The notes below the pieces were generated by a model that saw only the letters and a program-made list of their open reading frames with translations, ran no database searches and had not been told where the DNA came from. Below are positions 1 to 10,223 of a DNA stretch of 64,000 nt, one piece after another (within the stretch, counting starts at the first letter, position 1; every line of letters starts with the position of its first letter). The stretch lies in assembly GCA_045568435.1 (NCBI GenBank), contig JBJLBB010000001.1, positions 100,305 through 164,304 on the forward strand. The letters are read 5' to 3'. Origin of the DNA: Candidatus Poseidoniaceae archaeon. Its GTDB lineage: Archaea; Thermoplasmatota; Poseidoniia; Poseidoniales; Poseidoniaceae. The position numbers and the translations under genes were made by a program.

Positions 1-587
1 TCTAGAATACCTTCTTCTTCACCTAGGTCTGCCAATGCCGCTACATCATCTCTAGTAACTAGTGAATGTGAACCTTTAGGCAATATTGCTTTCAGCCATT
101 GTATAGGTATAATCAAAATTGTAAGTGCTTTAGTCATAACATTGAGAATACGTCCTGCCACTGGTGCTAATTGCTTCCAATATGCTGTTCCAATAGTCTT
201 AGGTATGATTTCCGAAAGGAATAAAACTGCCAATGTCAAAATTATCGAAGCAATAGTCAATGAATCTTCACCGTAAATCATCTGCACTTGAGAACCAACT
301 CCTGCAGCACCCATAGTGTGAGCAATTGTATTCAATGTTAGAATCGCAGTCAAAGGCCTCACTGCATCATCATCTTTTAAATTCGACCATAAATCTCCAA
401 CCTTAGATTTATCTTTTTGTAGTACTGCTATGTATGTATGGGGTATTGAGAGAACAACTGCCTCTAAAATAGAACATAGGAATGAAACTCCTAATGCTAA
501 TGTAATATAGAATACGAGAAGGGCCATACTACCCTCTCCAGTAGCTTCAAATGTACTTTCTATCGACGAAAAAACTGAATTTTGCAT
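1..587 (-). CDS. CNNM/DUF21 (CorC/HlyC-family) membrane protein, 3' part runs off the window start
   Basis: Not in the ORF track. Manual translation from ATG 587 (or 527): ...MALLVFYITLALGVSFLCSILEAVVLS...AILTLNTIAHTMGAAGVG...LFLSEIIPKTIG, which carries the DUF21 hallmarks (SxxEA, LTLNT, EIIPK). Confidence 0.85.
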   Translation of the reverse strand, partial: MQNSVFSSIESTFEATGEGSMALLVFYITLALGVSFLCSILEAVVLSIPHTYIAVLQKDKSKVGDLWSNLKDDDAVRPLTAILTLNTIAHTMGAAGVGSQVQMIYGEDSLTIASIILTLAVLFLSEIIPKTIGTAYWKQLAPVAGRILNVMTKALTILIIPIQWLKAILPKGSHSLVTRDDVAALADLGEEEGIL

Positions 588-731
588 TTGTTTTCTAATT
601 CCCCTGACCGTTCGGATGTAATTTACCCATTGGCGGTGGGTTCTTAAAATGGTGGAATGTAATATATTCTTCATATTCTTGGGGTGAAACTCAAGAAGCG
701 ATAGCGATTGGAGTACTTTGTAGGGGTCTAA

Positions 732-3026
732 ATGCCATCCAATAATGGGGAACATGTCTTGATTTGTGTCGCTTGGCCGTATGCCAACGGCCCACTTCAC
801 CTAGGTCATGTCGCTGGTTGCTATCTTCCACCAGATATCCAAGCGCGCTTTGAAAGAGCAAGAGGAAATAAGGTTCTGATGGTCTCTGGTTCAGATGAAC
901 ACGGGACACCTATTACTGTGACCGCCGAACAGGAAGGAGTCTCACCTCAAGACATAGTAGACAAATTTCATAAAATCAACTCTAAGGCTTTGATTGATCT
1001 TGGATGTTCTTGGGAACCTAATATTGACCCTAGAGGAATTGACTTTGGAGGTTCTCTATTCAACCGAACCTCTGATGATAAGCATAAAGAAATAGTCCGT
1101 GAAAATTTTTCTAATTTATTGGAAGCAGGATTGTTTGAACGTAAAACAATGAAACAATATTATGAAGTTTCCAATGATGGAAATGGACGTTTTCTCCCTG
1201 ACAGGTATGTCGAAGGAACATGTCCAACCTGTTCAGCAGATGGGGCTCGAGGAGACCAATGCGATGAATGCGGTGCTACATATGAGTCAATTGAACTGAT
1301 CAATCCTAAATCAAAAATGAATCCTAATAATCAAATTGAAATCAGAGACACAGACCATTTCTTTTACCGATTAGATTTATTTCAAAAGGCATTGGAACAA
1401 CACGCCGATTCTCGGCAGAAAGTCTGGAAGTCCAATGTTAAGGCTATGACCAAACAATGGCTTGACATGGGACTAAGGCCTAGAGCAGTAACAAGAGATT
1501 TGTCTTGGGGTATCTCATTACCAATGGAAGATTCTGAATGGGATGGTAAGTGTGTTTATGTTTGGTTTGAAGCAGTTCAAGGATATTCTACATGCGCACA
1601 AATTTGGTCATCTAAGTATGCAAATCCTGCAGGGCATCATATGGGCGAAGATGCTTGGAAGAAATGGTGGAATATCGATGAAAACGGAAAAAAACCCAGG
1701 CATTTATATTTCCTTGGCAAAGACAATATTCCTTTCCACACAGTTATTTGGCCAGCATTAATCTTAGGACTCAATCATGCAAAGAATGGTAAAAACTCGA
1801 ATGATGAGATTGAATTGCCAAAGGCAGGGGACATGGCTTTGGAAACCAATGTCCCTGCAATGGAATATTTGATGCTATCAGGTGGTCAATTTTCCAAGTC
1901 AAGAAAGCACGCTGTTTGGCTTCCATCATTCCTTGATAGATTTGATCCTGATACCTTAAGATATTATTTGGGAATAAATATGCCCGAAAATCATGATACA
2001 GATTTCAATTGGCCAGACTTTGTTGAGAAAATAAATAGTGAATTAATCGCAGCTTATGGAAACTTTGTTCATAGAGTTTTGACTCTAGGAGCAAGACTTG
2101 AAGATAATGTGAAATCACCATTGGCAGAATTTGATGATGCGGAAATTACTGCTGAATACAGATTAAAGTTAGAGAAAATCCATGCATCAATTACAGATTC
2201 ATTGACTAAACATCGCTACAAAGAGGCACTCAGATATGTCATGAATGCTGCACAACTTGGCAATCAAATGTTACAAAATGCCACACCTTGGAAATTCCTT
2301 TCAAGTGAATCTAAAGAATCTATAGAAGACTATCAAGTTCAAAGGTATAATTCTTTATCGGCACTATCATTTGGTTGGAGGATAGCACGTTTTATTGCTA
2401 TTACTTCTCAACCTTTCCTACCATTCAGTGCATCAAGGTTATGGAATTCCCTTGGACAAGAAGGGGATGTTAGTCTAGTTGAATGGGATAGTGCTATTGA
2501 TTGGAGTGAAGAGATGACTTGGAACACCGATAAACCCGAACCATTATTCAAAAGGCTAGATTTAGAGGAAATATTAGCCTCTGAGCAAGCATTGGTAGAT
2601 GATAACCAAAGTAACGAACAACCAGGCCATGGTGTAAAAGGTGGCAAAAAGAAAACTAAAGGAGATATAAAAATGACCGAAGAACCCGAAGGAATTGAAT
2701 TTGTTGATTTTGAAACATTCATGAAAGTCGACCTACGAGTTGGTAAAATAACAAGCGTTGAAGACCACCCTAATGCCGATAAATTATATGTTGTCAAATT
2801 AGATGATGGTACCGATAATGGTAGAACTATTTGTGCTGGATTAAAGAATTATTATACAATCGATGAGATGACAGGTAAAACAGTTGTTTTCGTATCAAAT
2901 CTTAAGCCAAGACCACTTAGAGGAATCACATCTGAAGGAATGATGTTAGCAGCTGATGATGGTGAAGGAAATGTCAAATTAATTACCGTCGATGGCGATA
3001 TTGGTACTGGTTCACAAGTACGCTAA
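732..3026 (+). CDS. metG: Methionyl-tRNA synthetase with C-terminal OB-fold (Trbp111-like) domain
   Basis: PYANGPLHLGH (HIGH), Zn knuckles CPTC/CDECG, FSKS (KMSKS), C-terminal DLRVGKI...SEGMMLAA domain. Confidence 0.97.
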   Translation: MPSNNGEHVLICVAWPYANGPLHLGHVAGCYLPPDIQARFERARGNKVLMVSGSDEHGTPITVTAEQEGVSPQDIVDKFHKINSKALIDLGCSWEPNIDPRGIDFGGSLFNRTSDDKHKEIVRENFSNLLEAGLFERKTMKQYYEVSNDGNGRFLPDRYVEGTCPTCSADGARGDQCDECGATYESIELINPKSKMNPNNQIEIRDTDHFFYRLDLFQKALEQHADSRQKVWKSNVKAMTKQWLDMGLRPRAVTRDLSWGISLPMEDSEWDGKCVYVWFEAVQGYSTCAQIWSSKYANPAGHHMGEDAWKKWWNIDENGKKPRHLYFLGKDNIPFHTVIWPALILGLNHAKNGKNSNDEIELPKAGDMALETNVPAMEYLMLSGGQFSKSRKHAVWLPSFLDRFDPDTLRYYLGINMPENHDTDFNWPDFVEKINSELIAAYGNFVHRVLTLGARLEDNVKSPLAEFDDAEITAEYRLKLEKIHASITDSLTKHRYKEALRYVMNAAQLGNQMLQNATPWKFLSSESKESIEDYQVQRYNSLSALSFGWRIARFIAITSQPFLPFSASRLWNSLGQEGDVSLVEWDSAIDWSEEMTWNTDKPEPLFKRLDLEEILASEQALVDDNQSNEQPGHGVKGGKKKTKGDIKMTEEPEGIEFVDFETFMKVDLRVGKITSVEDHPNADKLYVVKLDDGTDNGRTICAGLKNYYTIDEMTGKTVVFVSNLKPRPLRGITSEGMMLAADDGEGNVKLITVDGDIGTGSQVR

Positions 3027-3027
3027 T

Positions 3028-3654
3028 TCAACCTAGTCTGCTACGAACATTTTGAATTGAATCCTTGGATAATATTCTCGATTTTTCTAGAAGTTCTTGA
3101 GATTCATCCGATAAATCCCCTACCATTTCTTCAGGTAGTGAACCAATATTGATGTCGACATTGAACAGCGCACCTTTCACTGCTGCACTAGCCAATAAAG
3201 ATGCCACACCAACATCTGAAACAGCGTTAGCATTTCCCTTATGTGCTAATTCGGGCAGTACTTCCAATAATTCAAAGGCTAATTTAGCAGTTTCCATAGG
3301 CACTAAAGCAGCATTTAGAGTTGCCTTTCTAATCGCATTTCGCCTCTCTTGAATCTCATCATCATTTGATTTAGGCATTCTGAAACATTCCATGACTTTA
3401 TCAAATGAATCACTATCATCCTTTGCTAATTTTCCAGCCTTTGTAAAAATTTTTATCGCTACTGATTGGGCTTTTTCGGCACAATTCCATCCATCCTGCC
3501 ATTTTTCTTTACCAATTGTTAAATCTGCAACCATGCAAGTCAATGCTGCAGCTTGACCCAAGGCGATTGCACTAGCAGTACCTCCTCCGGGGGTAGGTGA
3601 TGATGAAGCCAGAGCAGATTGAAAGTCTCTAAGGCTCATTTCCATCCAATCCAT
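3028..3654 (-). CDS. Formiminotetrahydrofolate cyclodeaminase (FTCD C-terminal domain protein)
   Basis: ASSSPTPGGGTA motif, GNANAVSDVGVA, KGALFNVDIN. Start placed at ATG 3654, just after the ftcD stop (3663 also possible). Confidence 0.9.
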   Translation of the reverse strand: MDWMEMSLRDFQSALASSSPTPGGGTASAIALGQAAALTCMVADLTIGKEKWQDGWNCAEKAQSVAIKIFTKAGKLAKDDSDSFDKVMECFRMPKSNDDEIQERRNAIRKATLNAALVPMETAKLAFELLEVLPELAHKGNANAVSDVGVASLLASAAVKGALFNVDINIGSLPEEMVGDLSDESQELLEKSRILSKDSIQNVRSRLG

Positions 3655-3655
3655 A

Positions 3656-4696
3656 TCATTCATCCCCTCTAAGAGCCCATTCAATGATTCTATTTTCTGC
3701 ATCAAATGATTCAAGATATTCTAGACCTAATCCCTTAATTGCCGAATTCACCAATGACTTTTCATCACTATTTTCCGGATTTTCACTAAACCACAATCCT
3801 GCATCAAGCATAACTTTCAATGGAACTAATCCAACAAGTTCACTACCGAGTAATTCAACTCCATGATCTCCTGCAATAGCCCTGCATGCCTCAAAAGCAA
3901 TATGTAATGGACAGGAATTGACATCCAATAAATTCATTGAAACTTGACTTATTTTATTTGCCTCCATAGTAACACCCATACCTTGGACTTTGGTCAACAT
4001 TCCTGGTATTCTTGTTCTTTTTTGACCCCTTTTAATCAATCTACCCGAACTTCTCACCATAGAACCAATTATCTTAGAGACTCTGGCATCTTTTTCATCA
4101 ACATTAACATTGTATGCAATCAATATGTCTCTAGAACCTATCGTAATACCACCTGATTTTGCAATAGTTGAACTCCATTGCTCAGGGCCAAAATCAGGTA
4201 AGCGTGTATTTTCTGAATGTTTTGTTTCCCCTCCACTCATACGACTTTCTAAACCTTCATATTCACCCTTACGTAATGTCGAAAGTAGAAATCTATCTTC
4301 ATGAGTTGCCGAGTAACCATAAAGGAAAGTTGGTACAGAAAAATCATTTGCAACACGCTTAGCCAAATCCTGTGCATATTTCGTACAATCTTCCATATTA
4401 GCTCCTTCTAGCGGTACAAATGGGCAAACATCTACAACACCGAGTCTTGGATGTTCTCCTTTATGCTCGGCCATGTCAATATTTTCAATGGCTGATTGAA
4501 TTAAATTATACGCAGCCTCTTGAACAGAACTTGGGGAACCGGCAATTGTAATGACTGTCCGGTTATAGTCAGCATCGGGTTCTACACCCAAAACTGAACA
4601 GCCATCGACTTTCCTAGCGGTGGAAACTATTCTTTCGATTTTATCTAAATCTCTACCTTCGGAAATATTTGGAACGCATTCGATTATGGCTGCCAT
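3656..4696 (-). CDS. ftcD: Glutamate formimidoyltransferase
   Basis: IIECVPNISEGR N-terminus, DADYNRTVIT, HKGEHPRLGVVDVCPFVP, VSMNL. ATG 4696 chosen as start. Confidence 0.93.
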   Translation of the reverse strand: MAAIIECVPNISEGRDLDKIERIVSTARKVDGCSVLGVEPDADYNRTVITIAGSPSSVQEAAYNLIQSAIENIDMAEHKGEHPRLGVVDVCPFVPLEGANMEDCTKYAQDLAKRVANDFSVPTFLYGYSATHEDRFLLSTLRKGEYEGLESRMSGGETKHSENTRLPDFGPEQWSSTIAKSGGITIGSRDILIAYNVNVDEKDARVSKIIGSMVRSSGRLIKRGQKRTRIPGMLTKVQGMGVTMEANKISQVSMNLLDVNSCPLHIAFEACRAIAGDHGVELLGSELVGLVPLKVMLDAGLWFSENPENSDEKSLVNSAIKGLGLEYLESFDAENRIIEWALRGDE

Positions 4697-4741
4697 GTAT
4701 GTGTCGTTCAAAAGAAGGACTTTGAACTTAAGTATTGAAAA

Positions 4742-5962
4742 TCAACTGTAAAGGGCTTCTGGGCTATCTTTCAAACCACCGCGACTTTTCTTTAAATTAA
4801 TTCTCTTTATGGATTCCATGATATCTTTTTGACTTATTGATGAACGCTTCTCTCTAATTGCAATCATTCCAGCCTCTACACAAGTCGCCTTCAGTTCCGC
4901 ACCAGAAAATCCACTAGTCTTTTCGACAATTTTTGGAATTTGTATTCTCTTAGTCGACATTTTAGATATATGTAGTTCAATTATGGCTTTACGTCCAACA
5001 TCATCAGGGATAGGGATCTCGATTATTCTATCGAATCTTCCAGGTCGTAATAAGGCATCATCTAGAATATCAGGTCGGTTTGTAGCAGCAATAATTTTTA
5101 CATCTTCCAATGCATCAAAACCATCTAGTTCAGCCAGTAATTGCATCAAAGTCCTTTGTACTTCACGGTCTCCGCTTGTAGAGCCATCTAATCTTTTTGC
5201 TCCGATAGCATCTATTTCATCTAGGAATATAATCGACGGGGATTTTTCTTTGGCAAGAGAAAATAACTCCCTGACCATTCTACCACCTTCTCCAATATAC
5301 TTCTGAGCTAATTCGCTTCCAACCATTCTAATGAATGTCGCTTCCGTATGGTTGGCAACTGCCTTTGCTAGCAGTGTTTTTCCACAACCTGGTGGCCCGA
5401 CTAACAAAATTCCTTTTGGTGGTTGAATACCGACTTTCTTGAAAAGTTCTGGTGAAGTAAGGGGTAATTCAATCGCTTCACGAACAGAATTAACTTGTTC
5501 ATCTAACCCAGCTACAGAATCATAATCTACATCAGGCTTATCAATCATTTCCGCCCCAGTGACCATAGGGTCCCATGCGTCATGAAGAACTTCAATTACA
5601 GCAAGTGTATCTTGGTTTAGAGCAACTCTGACACCTGGCTTCAAAACATCAGATGAAAGCCTTTGGTTTAGTGAAACTTGGAATACGGTGCCATTAGATG
5701 AACGCACAATTCCTCTCTCAAAATCTAATACATCTTCAAGATGACCGATAATCAATGGAGGATTTTTGAGTGAACGAACCTCTTCATCAAGTCGATTTGC
5801 ACGCTTCTTTAGGCTTCTAATTTCAGATTCTAAGTGGGCTCGCTCATTAATCAATGATTGTGCTTCATCATGAAGATTTTTATAATCTTCTTCAAGTTTT
5901 TTCAACTCATCATCAGAAGACTTGTTGACATCACTTGCATTGGACTCGACGTCTGTACTCAT
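4742..5962 (-). CDS. pan: Proteasome-activating nucleotidase (AAA+ ATPase)
   Basis: N-terminal coiled coil, Walker A GPPGCGKT, Walker [30 protein letters not shown]-terminal HbYX (LYS). Confidence 0.95.
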   Translation of the reverse strand: MSTDVESNASDVNKSSDDELKKLEEDYKNLHDEAQSLINERAHLESEIRSLKKRANRLDEEVRSLKNPPLIIGHLEDVLDFERGIVRSSNGTVFQVSLNQRLSSDVLKPGVRVALNQDTLAVIEVLHDAWDPMVTGAEMIDKPDVDYDSVAGLDEQVNSVREAIELPLTSPELFKKVGIQPPKGILLVGPPGCGKTLLAKAVANHTEATFIRMVGSELAQKYIGEGGRMVRELFSLAKEKSPSIIFLDEIDAIGAKRLDGSTSGDREVQRTLMQLLAELDGFDALEDVKIIAATNRPDILDDALLRPGRFDRIIEIPIPDDVGRKAIIELHISKMSTKRIQIPKIVEKTSGFSGAELKATCVEAGMIAIREKRSSISQKDIMESIKRINLKKSRGGLKDSPEALYS

Positions 5963-6062
5963 GGGAATCAACACTACCAAATGCCAATGATGTATGAACT
6001 CTTCCTTAATTTAATCCCAATGTTCTTGACTCGCCGACTCAACCCTTTAACTGGCGAGGACT

Positions 6063-6551
6063 ATGGCTGATTGTGAATTATGTGGAGCAATGAAGGTTGG
6101 TGTCAAACAAGTTCCAATGGGTAAAACAGTTGTTTCAGCATGCTCTAGATGTGTAGAAAAGATGGGGCTTGCGCCAAAAGAAGTGGCGCCTGGTCTAAAA
6201 ATTGCGCAAAACCGACCGACTACTAATTACTCATCAAATAAGAAGGGCAAGAGTATAATGACAAAGAGTTCTAAAGAGTTGAGTCAAGACTTTTCTTCTA
6301 TTATTTCACAAGCCCGTAAGAAACGTGGATGGAATCATGCCACTTTGGGCAAGAGAATGGCAGAAACAGTGAACGTGATTAAATCAGCTGAGAATGGCAA
6401 GCACCCTACAGATTCGGTTATTAAAAAATTCGAACGTGTATTAGGAATCAATCTTATGGTAGATTCAAAACCTGAAGAAACCAGTCGCCTCTACAAAGAT
6501 AATTCTAGAGGTCTGACTTTAGGCGACTACTTCAACCAAAACGGTGAGTAG
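6063..6551 (+). CDS. mbf1: Archaeal multiprotein bridging factor 1 (Zn ribbon + HTH)
   Basis: CELCG...CSRC Zn ribbon, HTH ending in the TLGD motif; divergent from pan. Confidence 0.85.
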   Translation: MADCELCGAMKVGVKQVPMGKTVVSACSRCVEKMGLAPKEVAPGLKIAQNRPTTNYSSNKKGKSIMTKSSKELSQDFSSIISQARKKRGWNHATLGKRMAETVNVIKSAENGKHPTDSVIKKFERVLGINLMVDSKPEETSRLYKDNSRGLTLGDYFNQNGE

Positions 6552-7094
6552 ATGGAAGATATCAAAGTACATGCCATTTGGTTAGCTCAAGACGACCCAA
6601 AAAAAAACACAGCGGTATTAGCATCTCGGCGTGGCGACTTAAAACTCCATAAAAATCTTCGAAGCATACCGCGAAAAGGGGTAATTTTAGAACCGCTTTG
6701 TGGGAAAATATTTGGCCCTGAAGACCATGAATTACTTACTGTTAAGCACGGTTCACTCGTTGGTTTAGATTGTAGTTGGGCACAAATTGAAAGTAGTGTT
6801 GAAACTGTAATGAAAAGAACTAGACTTGTTCCTAGAATGCTACCATTACTTTTAGCTGCTAATCCGGTTAATTGGGGTAAACCGAGTAAATTGACTACGG
6901 CTGAAGCTCTTGCTGCAGCATTATATCTTACTGGAAGAATTGAGCAAGCGAAAAATGTACTTGGAGCATTTCGATGGGGAAATAGATTCTTTGAACTTAA
7001 TAAAGAACCTCTTGATGCATATCGTATGGCTAAGTCTAGTTCTGAATTAGTAGATCTTCAGTTTGAATTTTTTGACATTGAACATCTGAGGTGA
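6552..7094 (+). CDS. tsr3: 16S rRNA aminocarboxypropyltransferase (DUF367)
   Basis: DDPKKNT, LDCSW, RMLPLLLAANPVNWGKP.KLTTAEA, FRWG..FFELN. Confidence 0.92.
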   Translation: MEDIKVHAIWLAQDDPKKNTAVLASRRGDLKLHKNLRSIPRKGVILEPLCGKIFGPEDHELLTVKHGSLVGLDCSWAQIESSVETVMKRTRLVPRMLPLLLAANPVNWGKPSKLTTAEALAAALYLTGRIEQAKNVLGAFRWGNRFFELNKEPLDAYRMAKSSSELVDLQFEFFDIEHLR

Positions 7095-7098
7095 TATT

Positions 7099-7881
7099 AT
7101 TACCAATACTGAAAAAACCCCAATATCCCGTTGGAATGGTATTTCTACAGAAATTGAAACAGATGAATTAGCTTGTGAAGCATTAATCATTTTAAATTAT
7201 AATGAAACCGTGATTGCTAATTTACTAGGAACTCCTGCAGATATTCATGAATTGATGATAGGCCACCTTGTATGTGAGGGCTATCTAAATTCAAACTTAG
7301 AATTTCTTAAGGAGAGTTTATTTCAAGTTGAATTATCATCAAAAAGTTTCCTTGCAAAAATTTCTTCTGAACAAACAATTACTAATCCAGATAATTCTAA
7401 TCGTTTAGTCACTTCTTCATGTGGGGCTTGTAATAACGATGATTTAGAACAGTTGATTTCTGATTTACCTCTTATTGAAAAAGATATGAGGGCGGTAGAT
7501 TTCGAATCACTCAATCGATTATTCAGTTCAATGAGAGAATTTCAGAAAGGTTTCCAATCAACCGGAGGAATGCATGCAGCAGGAATAACAGATTTAAATG
7601 GTAATTTATTATATGTCATGGAAGATATCGGCAGACATAATGCCGTAGACAAAGTAATTGGTAAAGCATTGAAAGAGGACATAGATATTTCAAAGAGTCA
7701 ATTATTGCTATCCGGTCGATGTGGCTGGGATATTGTTGCTAAGGCAAGTAGATGTGGAGTTCCAAATATTGTTAGTATTGGTGCTTGCTCATCTCTGGCC
7801 GCTAAAGCCGCTAGATACACTGGGGTCCGATTAATTTCATTCCTCAAACCCGATAATGCCGTCATAATCGGCCATAATTAG
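7099..7881 (+). CDS. fdhD: Formate dehydrogenase accessory sulfurtransferase, inferred ATT start
   Basis: SSCGAC, TGGMHAAG, EDIGRHNAVDKVIG, SGR. The FdhD-like N-terminus (DELACE...GTP.DIHELMIGHL.CEG) extends 37 codons upstream of GTG 7210 with no ATG/GTG/TTG and an in-frame stop at 7087. Confidence 0.88.
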   Translation: MTNTEKTPISRWNGISTEIETDELACEALIILNYNETVIANLLGTPADIHELMIGHLVCEGYLNSNLEFLKESLFQVELSSKSFLAKISSEQTITNPDNSNRLVTSSCGACNNDDLEQLISDLPLIEKDMRAVDFESLNRLFSSMREFQKGFQSTGGMHAAGITDLNGNLLYVMEDIGRHNAVDKVIGKALKEDIDISKSQLLLSGRCGWDIVAKASRCGVPNIVSIGACSSLAAKAARYTGVRLISFLKPDNAVIIGHN

Positions 7882-7925
7882 TATTTACAACAGTAAGCCT
7901 TGAAACCCTCGGGCATGAGCGCAAA

Positions 7926-10223
7926 ATGAGGAGCATGAGAAAACCAGTTTCACACAATGTTCCGCTCGACCAAAATCGTCTGCGTTTGACAAAACCCAAA
8001 AAGCAGGCAGCAGGTATTCCAGCAGTTATTTCCTCGGGAAAACATTCATTGAAAAAAATGGGAATTACTCGTACGGTAAAATCCTTGACAATGGTTAATC
8101 AGAAATTAGGTTTTGATTGCCCTGGCTGTGCTTGGCCTGATCCTGAACACCGTACACATTTCGAATTTTGTGAAAATGGTGCTAAGGCTGTTGCTGATGA
8201 AGCAACTAAAGCAAGGGTTGGAGCAGCATTTTTTAGCAAATATTCTATTCAAGATTTGGCTAATAGAAGTGATTATTGGTTAAATAATCAAGGTCGGATT
8301 ACCGAGCCGATGTTTCTTGATAAGAATTCCAATAACTACTCACCTATCTCATGGGACGATGCTTTGTCAAAAATATCTAACAAACTAAACACTCTTAGTA
8401 GCCCTAATAAAGCAGTTTTCTACACATCTGGTAGGACAAGTAATGAGGCTGCTTTTTTATATCAAGCTTTTATTCGTTCTTTTGGAACAAATAATTTACC
8501 TGATTGTTCCAATATGTGCCATGAGTCGAGCGGTAAGGGTCTTGGTTCGACAATAGGAATAGGTAAAGGGACTGTCAGATTAAATGATTTTAACCATAGT
8601 GATTTAATTCTAGTAATCGGTCAAAATCCCGGTACAAACCATCCAAGAATGCTTACTGCACTAAGAGATGCAAAGAAAAAGGGTAGTAAAATCATCCATG
8701 TCAATCCATTGCCAGAGGCTGGACTAGAGCGTTTTAAACATCCACAAGATTATATGAAGTTAGATTTCAAGTCGACTAAGTTATCAGATTATCATTTACA
8801 AGTAAAAATAGGTGGAGATGCGGCCTTAATCAAAGGATTAATCAAGGTACACATCGAATTAGGTGGACTTGATTTAGATTTCATCAATAATTCTACTACG
8901 GGATTCCAATCAATGTGTGAAAATGCTAGAAACACTCCTTGGGACCGAATTGTTCGTGATTCAGGGGTGGACAGGGCACTTATCGAGGAAGTTGGGTCAT
9001 TATGCGCACGTTCTAAAGCAACTATTGCTTGTTGGGCTATGGGTTTAACTCAACATAGAAATGGTGTATCGGTTATCCAGGAAGTTGTTAATTTATTACT
9101 AATTGGAGGTCATGTCGGTCGCAAAGGTGCAGGTTTTTGCCCTGTGCGGGGTCATTCAAATGTACAGGGAGATAGGACAGTTGGAATTTGGGAAGCACCT
9201 AGTGATTCATTCTTGGATAAAATGGAATTGGGACTAAAAGTTGCACTACCTAGAAAACACGGATATGACGTTGTTAATTCAATAAAAGCCATGGATTCTG
9301 GTGAAGTTGATGTTTTCTTCTGTATGGGTGGAAACTTCATTTCCGCAACTCCTGATACCAAATTTACTGCTGATGCACTTTCAAATGTCGATTTGGTTGT
9401 ACAAGTTTCAACTAAATTGAATCGTTCACACGTAGTAACGGGTCGAGAGGCACTAATCTTACCGTGCCTAGGCCGAACAGAATTGGATGTACAACAATCT
9501 GGAGAGCAATTTGTTTCTGTTGAGAATTCTATGGGTATAGTTCACATGTCAAGAGGAAATCTGAAACCTGCTTCTAAGAGCCTTAAGAGTGAACCTTGGA
9601 TTGTTGCAAGTCTGGCTGATAAAACTCTAGAAGAGAGTCCGATTCAATGGCTCGATTTGATAGATTCTTATGATAATATAAGAGATTTAATGAGTGAAAG
9701 CCTGTTTGGATTTGAAGATTATAATTCGCGTGTTAGAGATCAAAATGGTTTCTATCTGCCAAATCCGCCTCGAGATAGTCGAACCTTTGAAACAAATGAT
9801 GGAAAAGCACATTTTACGACTCATAGTCTTCCATCGTTAGATGTTGAAAGCGACCAATATGTAATGATGACTTTGCGCTCACACGACCAATATAACACTA
9901 CTATTTACGGACTTGATGACCGTTATCGGGGAATAAAAGGTAATCGAAGAATTTTGATGATGAATTCATTAGATATGCTTGATAGAAATTGGAAAACACG
10001 TCAAATTATCGATATAACTAGTCATTTTGAAAGTGAAACTAGAGTTTCTAAAAATTGGTTGGTTATACCATATGATATTCCATCCGGCAATATCGCTGCA
10101 TATTTCCCAGAAGCAAATGAATTAGTGCCTTTGAATTCTACTGCTGAACTATCTAATACACCTACCTCGAAGTGGATTGTTTGTTCGCTAGGCGAATCAA
10201 ATAATTCTGATGAGGAGGAATGA
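7926..10223 (+). CDS. FdhF/YdeP-family molybdopterin oxidoreductase
   Basis: GFDCPGCAWPDP, FCENGAKA, SGRTSNEAA, NNLPDCSNMCHESSG, RGHSNVQGDRTVG, TLRSHDQYNTTIYG. Confidence 0.92.
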   Translation: MRSMRKPVSHNVPLDQNRLRLTKPKKQAAGIPAVISSGKHSLKKMGITRTVKSLTMVNQKLGFDCPGCAWPDPEHRTHFEFCENGAKAVADEATKARVGAAFFSKYSIQDLANRSDYWLNNQGRITEPMFLDKNSNNYSPISWDDALSKISNKLNTLSSPNKAVFYTSGRTSNEAAFLYQAFIRSFGTNNLPDCSNMCHESSGKGLGSTIGIGKGTVRLNDFNHSDLILVIGQNPGTNHPRMLTALRDAKKKGSKIIHVNPLPEAGLERFKHPQDYMKLDFKSTKLSDYHLQVKIGGDAALIKGLIKVHIELGGLDLDFINNSTTGFQSMCENARNTPWDRIVRDSGVDRALIEEVGSLCARSKATIACWAMGLTQHRNGVSVIQEVVNLLLIGGHVGRKGAGFCPVRGHSNVQGDRTVGIWEAPSDSFLDKMELGLKVALPRKHGYDVVNSIKAMDSGEVDVFFCMGGNFISATPDTKFTADALSNVDLVVQVSTKLNRSHVVTGREALILPCLGRTELDVQQSGEQFVSVENSMGIVHMSRGNLKPASKSLKSEPWIVASLADKTLEESPIQWLDLIDSYDNIRDLMSESLFGFEDYNSRVRDQNGFYLPNPPRDSRTFETNDGKAHFTTHSLPSLDVESDQYVMMTLRSHDQYNTTIYGLDDRYRGIKGNRRILMMNSLDMLDRNWKTRQIIDITSHFESETRVSKNWLVIPYDIPSGNIAAYFPEANELVPLNSTAELSNTPTSKWIVCSLGESNNSDEEE

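Noticed and set aside
2659-2675. T7/pET RBS (AAGGAGATATA) as vector sequence
   Set aside because: It is embedded in frame in native metG codons (K-G-D-I-K-M) with no other vector sequence nearby.
4742-7094. pan-mbf1-tsr3 clustering as a novel system
   Set aside because: Linkage of mbf1 with pan is already known in archaea.
7087-7101. Selenocysteine or stop read-through at the TGA before fdhD (also before hutH)
   Set aside because: The downstream genes are in the +1 frame, so in-frame read-through cannot join them; no SECIS-like hairpin was recognised.
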